Part shown: positions 55,601 to 64,000 of the stretch, piece after piece
Layout: each line of letters begins with the position of its first letter
Numbering within the stretch: position 1 is the stretch's first letter
From: Eledone cirrhosa
Taxonomy: Eukaryota
Length of the DNA: 64,000 nucleotides
NCBI GenBank assembly: GCA_964016885.1
Contig: OZ024743.1
Coordinates: forward strand, 100,378,001-100,442,000
Direction of reading: 5' to 3'
Notes under the pieces: model-generated
The model's database searches: none
What the model saw: the letters and a program-made list of their open reading frames with translations, nothing else
What the model was told of the DNA's origin: nothing
Position numbers and translations under genes: made by a program

Positions 55601-58320
55601 TATGGGTTCTATCAAGGTTGACCACTCCGGTCACCAACTTGTGATCCGAATAGTCAACCATGAACATTCGTGGACCGCTTAATATGTCCCTATCCTTATT
55701 TCTAACTAGGAACCTATCTAGGTACGACCTAGATGTTCCGCTGCGATTAGTCCACGTCCACAGTGGCACAGTCGGAAAATCTAGTCGATATCTATCGGCC
55801 AGATCAAATCGGCCGATTAATTGTTTGAGGCTGTTACACCCCCTCTATCGGGACATGCCCCTACAGAGTCCCAACGTGCATCCAGGATACCATTCCAGTC
55901 CCCCACTAAAAGCAAGGAGCGAGACGTTCCCAGGAAAGTCTCCAGGCGTCGGAAGAAGTCTGGTCGCGGTGTCCCAGATGGGGCATACGCTGCCACCAGC
56001 CTGAAGGCTCCACCTTCACTACTGCCGACGTCTAGAACCACCAGTCGACCCTCCCGGTCCAGGTGTACCTTCTGTGTGGCAAGACCCAGGTGTTTTCGCA
56101 GCAGAACGACAACCCCACTCCCACCCCTCGGCTGACAGAGAGATGCGTAGATCTCAAAGTCGTCGAAGATGGGGGCCAGTTGGCGCTTGCTGCTGATCCT
56201 GGACTCGCAAATAACCATTACATCCACTCTGTGCGACCTGAGGTCATTTAAGAGTTTGCCCTGTTTCCAGGACATCCCCAGGCTGCGTGCATTCACACAT
56301 CCAACTCTTATATTGGCCATGTTGGTGCTGAGGAGTTAAAAGGAAGAGGAAAGGAAATTACTTACTTCTTCGTTTCCTAGGGACCAGGCTCCACAATTTC
56401 CATGGGGGTGTTGGAAGGGTTGTTTGGTGGGGGTTTGTGGTAGGGTGAGGACATCAGTGTGTGGTGGGGTTGGTGTGTTTGGTGGGGTGTGGGTGTCTGG
56501 TGTGGGGGTGGGGAAACATCTCAATAGGACGCGGTTAAGTGGTTTGGTGCAGGTGGGCCCCACATCCATTGGATGATTATTTTTCAGAGTTACATAGGTT
56601 TCCGTTGGGACCCTAATCATCCTTAGGTGCGTTTTGCCCGCTGCGTAGATGAAAGTGATCCCTTCGGTTTCCACCGAAGGGTTATTGTCTATTGCTTTCA
56701 TCAAAGTTTTATTGTTCTTGTTAATGTATGTATAGTGTTTTTGTTGTGTTGTGTTTGTTTTTGTTTGTTCTTCTTGTGCGTGTTTGCGTTTTGTAGTATG
56801 TGTTATGTTTTCGGGAGAGGTGGGTTTTTTGTTTGTTCTGTTTGTGCTGGTGGTTGTGTGTCTGTTGTATTTTTGTTAATGTGGTGCCTTTTTTTTTCCT
56901 TTTCACATGTTGGAAGGGTTCTCCCTTGTCGTCACTGAGTGACGTTGATACGGAGTCCTCTTCCGTGTTGTTGGGGAGGGGTATATTTTGGGGTTTTGTT
57001 GTGGTTGCTTTTGTATTTGTTTTAGGTGGGGGGGGGGGTAGGACAGTGTCTTGTGTTGTTATTTTTCCGTGTTGTTGTGGTTGTTGTTGTGGTGGTGGTG
57101 GTGGTTGTTGTGTTGTTGTGTTCGGGGTTGGCAGAAGAGCCTTTTTTTTTACTCGTTAATTGAGGACAGTCAGCCCTCAGGTGGCCCCTGCTTAAGCAGT
57201 GGTAACATGACGGCCGCCTACCCTCCACTGAAATGTTTATATAGGTTAACCCGTCCAGAGGCACGCGTTGTGGGATATTCACTATTCGTTCTGGGCTCAT
57301 TTGCACCAGAACTTCTACGCTAGTCCCACCAAATACACCTCCGGAGGACTTTCCTACTGAGATTATCCTGTCTTCATCAAAATCAATAAATCCACATAGT
57401 ATCCACCAAATATTTACATTTGGTGTGATACTCATAATTTTTATCTTTTGTGTCCTTTTTCCCCTGTATGTGGGGAAAAAGGTGAAACGGGGGGACACAA
57501 TGGGTGATACAGAGTATTTTTGTGCTGTTGGCTGGTTATTCATTAGCACCGAAATGCTACCAAACAGTTTTCCTTTTTGGGTGAAGGTTATGTCCTTCAT
57601 TGCATCTTTTAGAACCAGCTCAATTTCATTTTATGATAATTGAGCTGGTTTTCTCGTTTCGTTAGATATTGTCCTGAAAACCACAGTTTTCAGGACAGCC
57701 TCTCTACGTAATACCTGTGGAGAATTGATGCTAAAGGCACCGTGTTCGCCAAAAGTCACGTATTGTTTTGCGTCTTGTAGTAGTTGTTTTGCATTAGTTA
57801 TGTCAATTGGCGTGTATAGCTCGTTTTCTTTTACAGTTTGTGCGAACGTTGTTTTGGTGTTGTTGTCTTTTTGTTGCTGTTGTTGTTGTCACTGTTTTCC
57901 TTGGTGTTGTTATTGTTGCAGTTGTTGGTTGTGGTGTTATTGTCATTGCTCTTGTTGTTGGTGCTGGTATTATTTACCGGGTTTGGTTCCGTGGTTTCAA
58001 TATTTTCAAAGTTTTTCGATAAGGTGAGAGAGGAAGGCTGCAAGCTTTGTACTCCTACCTTCCCTCCACCACTTTTCTTAGTGGACGTGGCACTCACTAC
58101 AGTGTGCGAGGTTGAAATGGCATCCATTATTAACTACCAAGTCTACACAGTTTTGAGATGAAAATTTTGCCCCAAAAAGGGGCGAAAATTAGTTGACTCA
58201 ACGTCTGAAGGCCCAGACAAGGGGTTAAACTAAACAATACTAACAAATTGAACAATGAACTCACAGTTTTTTTAACAATAATCCGTAAAAATCTGGAGCG
58301 AAGTAATGCACGTCTATCGA
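52643..58320 (-). mobile_element. Near full-length L1/Tx1-clade LINE (ORF1 + ORF2, multiple frameshifts)
   Basis: ORF1 from 58127 with zinc knuckle CYHCLSRGHLRADC. ORF2 from 56320 has APE (VNARSL, GDWN, YLDRF, SDH) and RT (FDQSKAFDRVDH, AYADD). The 3' UTR contains AATAAA. Confidence 0.93.
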
Positions 58321-58609
58321 ATGGAAGAGCGTGCCGTGTAGTAGGTATAGAGAGGGTGAGAGTTTGGGGGGTGATTGATATCCAGAGGGGGATGGGAAGA
58401 GATAAGTGTAGATATTTATAGAGAGTGAGAGAGAGTTTTATTCTTAGATATAGAGAGTGGGATAAGAGAGGCGGTGTCATGGTAGATATAGAGAGGAGGA
58501 GAGTTTGGTTTTAGTAAATACAGAGAGGGGGATTAAAAGATTTCAACTGAAATGATTTGTGCGAACACTTAATATAGATATGTAACGAAAACAAAATAAG
58601 AATATGCAT

Positions 58610-59125
58610 ACAGTATGGCTTGGATGCTGCAGACTTCCCCTCACAGCTCGAGCCGGCAGGGCTGGACCAAGGCGGCGGCAAAAGGCCAGACGGCATTAAT
58701 ATCTTTCCATTCCGCGATGGTAACCCTTCCCCACCTGGGATGCCACATACAGCGACACATTCTCCAGCGGCAACCTGGTGTAGTCTACTACTAACCCAGG
58801 CTCTGCTGCACTTTGGGTCGAAGAGGATAAACTCTACAAATATCGGTCGCTCTCCGACAGGTTTGCAGTCGATCCCGTAGCAGTGGAGACTTCTGGTGTC
58901 CTTGGCCATAGGACCACCTCCCTACTCATCACCATCGGGGCAGAGCTGGCTAGACGCAGGAGTGAGCCTCGCGAATTGGAATGGCTCTTCCAGCGCATCT
59001 CCCTTACTATCCTCCGGGGAAACGCCTTCTCTATTCTGTCCGCCGGGGCCGTGGGGCGGCCAGCGCGTGGGACCCCATTTGTTCATAATAGTGAGAGATG
59101 GGGAGAGGGGGAGAAGGGGAGGCTG
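58610..59125 (+). mobile_element. CRE-like non-LTR retrotransposon 3' fragment
   Basis: LEPAGL...GKRPDG...AVETSGVLG...WLFQRISLTILRGNA. Confidence 0.7.
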
Positions 59126-59946
59126 TGATAGTGTAAGTTTAGTTCCGTTGTGTTCGGACCTGGTGTATATATATATATCTATTTACCACACCACAATATA
59201 ATCTGGAATGGAAGTATTTGTAGTGGGAGGACGGGTCTGTGGAAAAACTCTTTGAAGTGAAACTGGGTTTTGGGTAGTGAAATGGTTGGGAACCATTTGT
59301 CTAGACTTACCACAAACGCAGCTTACAACCTTCCATAATTAGGATTTGTAGCGACCCCTTACGGCTGGAACTCAGATACGTATAGGAGTTGCGTCCCTTT
59401 GTGACGGTCGCGACTCCCAGTGGCAGATCCATGTACTAAATGGAGTTGCGTCCCCCTGGGGACTATATATTTGAGAACATCAAGGCATTAACTCTCACTT
59501 CCTACGCCGCAGCAAGAAGAACCACTGCAGACCTTGCCAAGAGATGACTCCTGTCTCCTCTCTCTCTTTCTCTACACGCTCCAGTCTGGGAGTTGCGACC
59601 AACTGACCATCAACATGTGGTGAAAATTATTTCTACTAATTTATTTGACTTCTGTGAAGTAAAACCATGTCACAACACTCACGTGCATTTATTGTCATTC
59701 TTAATAATATATATACACTGATACCAACATTCTAAAGATTCATGAACTTCAACATTAAGGGCCTATATTCATCTGTTGAGCCAAATATTATTTCGAAGGT
59801 TTAATGATGCAGGTGCGAAAAAGATGGAAAGTTTATTCATGGAAATAAAAATATATAAAATAATAGAATAAAAGGAAATAAATAAATAACATAAATAAGG
59901 AAATGGTGGCAGGGGTAGCAACATATTGTACACCTTAGTCTAGGTA

Positions 59947-60144
59947 CGAGGGTCGGCTGAAAAGTTCTTAGGCTGACTATGAAGGAGTGATGTTAGAGCT
60001 GTGAAATCTTGCATGCATTAATTTCAACTCTTCTTATTAATAACTGCATCGTTTCTTTCCAGGGACTATGTCGAAAAATAAACTTCATTTGGTCATTCCA
60101 TGAGAGTATCTTGGTCAGTCTATCAACTTCCCAGCCGACCTTTG
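59947..60144. mobile_element. Mariner-like MITE
   Basis: TA|CGAGGGTCGGCTGAAAAGTT with a degenerate inverted copy at 60125-60144. Confidence 0.55.
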
Positions 60145-60528
60145 CATATCTCGAAGGCATTGCCGCGAAGAAGAGCCAGTGACATCTACTACATCAGCCA
60201 CTTCACCCCATGGGGTTCCTTCTGCAGGGGAGTCACTGTTCTAAGTTGAGGCAAATAATGCTAAACAAGGCTGCAGGCAAAAAATGAAAAACACAACTAA
60301 AAGGGGAATTGTTCTGTTGTAGTTTGGCGAGAAAATGTTATTTGTGGCTGACTTGAGGAAACATGAGTACGATAAATAATTAGGAGGAGATTTCACGCTG
60401 ACATGCATTTTTCATTAACTCTACTTCGCAACCGTTCAAATGTGAACATCTATCCTTGCATCTATATGTTTGTTTACACACGCACGTATATATATATATA
60501 TATATATACATACTTACATGTATGTGTA

Positions 60529-60573
<45 letters not shown>

Positions 60574-60589
60574 ATCTCTCTCTCTCTCT

Positions 60590-60629
60590 CTCTCTGTGTG
60601 GGTGTGTGTGCGTGTGTGTGTGCGCGCGC

Positions 60630-60712
<83 letters not shown>

Positions 60713-60817
60713 TGCGTGCGTGTGTGTGCGTGTGTGTGTATGTGTGTGTGTGTGTGCGTGCGTGTGTGCGTGTGCGTGTGCGCGTGTGTGTGTGTGTGTG
60801 TGTGCGTGTGTGTGCGC

Positions 60818-60879
<62 letters not shown>

Positions 60880-60951
60880 GCGTGTGCGCGTGTGTGTGTG
60901 TGTGTGTGTGCGTGTGTGTGCGCGTGTGTGTGTGTGTGTGCGTGTGTGTGC

Positions 60952-61017
<66 letters not shown>
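60590..61017. repeat. Long (TG)n/(CG)n alternating purine-pyrimidine microsatellite
   Basis: Direct reading. Confidence 0.95.
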
Positions 61018-61020
<3 letters not shown>

Positions 61021-61463
61021 CCAGTTATTTCGTGAAAGCCGGCGTCATGGAACCTCCTCCGTTTCGATAACATAGCTTTTCATTTTACATGCACCAATAC
61101 TTCTTAATGATCTGCTCGGTAAAGAGAACTACATTGGTGTCGTACACGGATGTCAATAATGTACGTTGAATCTTTATATATGTGTGTGTGTGTTTATATA
61201 TAAATGTGTGTCTATGTATGTATCTATATGTGTGTATATGTATAAGTGCGTTTGTATATATGTATGTTTATATGTAGGTATATAAGTGTGTGTGTGTATA
61301 CGCTTATATACTGACACAGAAACAACATACCTGTGACCGACAATTTATAAATAAATATCCTGTGAATGATGGGGGGGGGGCGTCGGAGTTTTGTTTCTTT
61401 TCCTCTTGTCTTTCTCTGTCAACAATGAAGTTCCTAAAACAACAATAAATCACTTGTCAAACA

Positions 61464-62132
61464 AATATATCTGGTGTATATATTTGTCCCGTAATTGGAC
61501 TCTATATATATATATACTGTTACAATATATCTGGTGTATATATTTGTCCCGTAATTGGACTCTATATATATACTGTTACAATATATCTGGTGTATATATT
61601 TGTCCCGTAATTGGACTCTATATATATATATATACTGTTACAATATATCTGGTGTATATATTTGTCCCGTAATTGGACTCTATATATATACTGTTACAAT
61701 ATATCTGGTGTATATATTTGTCCCGTAATTGGACTCTATATATATACTGTTACAATATATCTGGTGTATATATTTGTCCTGTAATTGGACTATATATTTA
61801 TATATATTGTTACAATATATCTGGTGTATATATTTGTCCCGTAATTGGACTCTATATATATATATATATACTGTTACAATATATCTGGTGTATATATTTG
61901 TCCCGTAATTGGACTCTATATATATACTGTTACAATATATCTGGTGTATATATTTGTCCCGTAATTGGACTCTATATATATATATATATACTGTTACAAT
62001 ATATCTGGTGTATATATTTGTCCCGTAATTGGACTCTATATATATACTGTTACAATATATCTGGTGTATATATTTGTCCCGTAATTGGACTCTATATATA
62101 TATATACTGTTACAATATATCTGGTGTATATG
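61464..62132. repeat. ~56-64-bp minisatellite with variable internal (TA)n, ~11 copies
   Basis: Unit aatatatctggtgtatatatttgtcccgtaattggactc(ta)nctgttac; a degenerate unit recurs at ~62920-62968. Confidence 0.95.
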
Positions 62133-62643
62133 TAACGGAATACTCTTATGTTTACCTAGCGAAGATTCGAAACCGAATCTGAGGTTTCTCGCCTCTGGGA
62201 CCACCCATTATTGGGAGTTTGCCACCATTGACCTGTCAAGAGACAAGTATGATAAACGTACATACCACTTGACTTGTGACCCCAGGTCCCTGATAGATGA
62301 AACACGTATGGCTGTCCATAAATCAACCCATATACACATCCTTCTAGCTATAGGGTTATTATAAATACAAGTACTTAGGGAATCCAGCAGAGAGACACGA
62401 AGCAGCAGTCTATGAAAGATTACGATGTAACCAATTCACTTCTACCCTTTCTCTCTCCTGGCCTTACTGGCTCTCACCTTCTCGACCACAGACTACACCA
62501 GCAGACATAGTGATAACGCAGACAAGAGAAGAAAGTTCTACTAACACTGTGAAATTTCTCTTCAAGAAAATCAGTTTGTTTACTATGCTCTCACATCTAA
62601 TACCAGCCAACAATTTGACTAACTAAAGGATAGGCACCTTCAC
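62131..62643 (+). mobile_element. Solo-LTR-like repeat
   Basis: TGTAAC...TCACA ends and a TATAAA box; shares motifs with 19516-19975. Confidence 0.45.
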
Positions 62644-63331
62644 ACACACGCAATAGGTTTACTTACGTTTTTCACTAATCTTTCGTCTTCCTGTTATTTC
62701 ACGTCTATTATATGGTTGTATTGATACATGCATACACGCTAGCTCGGAGTAGTTAGTCAGAAAATAGTGTAGTGATAATTGCTGCCACAAGTTTATTACT
62801 CGATGCTCAATGTACCAACAAGTGAATATTGTTATTGTAAAATAAATATTGTCAACATCACAATTCTGGCATTATTCTTTTTATCATTCATCCCGAAAGG
62901 TATACATTTATCCACTACATATATATTTGTCCTGTAATTGGACTCTATATAAATACGGTTACTATATCGGAGAAACAATAACAATGGCAACAACAAAATA
63001 GAGAAAGGAGGAAATGGGGAAAGGAGAAATTTTAGACTTTTGCCTGGACATAGAGATGTACTGACCACAGAAAGAAAGAAAGAAAGAAAGAAAGAAAAAA
63101 AGAAATGACTGCTGTACAAAGACTGAAAGAAAAATAGTAGACGCCTTTGCTGAGCTGTGAAAACACGTCACTGACCACTGACCTTCGACAGTTTTTTAGT
63201 CTGTGTTGTCCAGATGTCCAGGCCAGATGTCAGTGTTGTCCAGATGTCCACACCAGAAAACCCAGTCCGTTTCTGGCTAGATAGTATATTTCATGCTAAT
63301 CTATTTATGTTGTGACTTGCTGTCCATAACC

Positions 63332-63968
63332 CTCTATATATATAATATAAAGGAGAGATGTTTGTTGGCTAATTATCTATATCTACATATAATATAAAAG
63401 GTTGGAAGTCACATCATCCTTTTGAGAAACCTGGACCCACCGCATCTGTGTAATGACACATGCTTAACAGTGAGTTGGATTATGAACCATCTCCTAGAGG
63501 TCACTATTATTGGAAGCAATCATCAAGGAGAAAATGCATTTATTCCCATGATTCCTCTCATCCCTTTCTCTGCCAAGTTGCCGTTCAAATTCCCAAGACT
63601 TCAATTCCCTGTTAGAACCAGTTTTTCTATGACCATAAATAAAACTCAGGGTCTGAGTCTCAAATTTGTAGGATTGAATATGAGAGACCTGGTTTTTACT
63701 CATGGGAAGTTATAGGTAGGTTGTTCACAAGTGGAAACACCTAGAAATCTTTATGTATTATGCACGAACGGTAAAACGAAGAATCTGGTGTATCTGGAAG
63801 AGTTTTGACTGTTTTGTGTGTGTGTGGGGAGGGGGGTATTTTTGTCCTCACACACCATGGTCTCGCCTCATCTTTTAAACCAGTCAACGCATCCAATACA
63901 GTTGTTTTCTCTTCTACTTGTCTTCTATTATCATCTGTTAACCCAGGTGAAGCTGGGGCTTCAGCTAG
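63332..63968 (+). mobile_element. Helitron deletion derivative with a PIF1-helicase C-terminal fragment
   Basis: LRNLDPP.LCN...RLQFPVR..F.MTINKTQG.SL..VG...F.HG, then 3' hairpin cccaggtgaagctggg and CTAG|T. Confidence 0.85.
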
Positions 63969-64000
63969 TAATATATATATATAGTAAACTATAAATATTT

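Overview
A eukaryotic, AT-rich window saturated with microsatellites. No host protein-coding gene can be supported. The SINE families, (TA)n/(CA)n load and repeat mix suggest a mollusc, probably a cephalopod such as Octopus (inference only). Nearly all recognisable sequence is transposon-derived: two L1/Tx1 LINEs, RTE, CR1, CRE-like and R4/Dong-like fragments, two Penelope-like elements (PLEs), a Gypsy LTR element nested in one PLE, tRNA-type SINEs, Helitron and TIR MITEs, and several minisatellites. The most notable signal is non-coding. About 12 type-I hammerhead ribozyme motifs can be read directly from the sequence. Five of them sit one per unit in a near-identical 469-bp, hairpin-rich tandem array that flips orientation midway (9339-11748), a candidate retrozyme/circular-RNA locus. 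Several fold-back palindromes are centred on, or truncated within, hammerhead halves. The Gypsy element lacks a tRNA primer-binding site and instead has a 12-nt site complementary to its own LTR, which suggests self-priming. Everything was read by eye, with no folding or database searches, so coordinates are approximate where stated.
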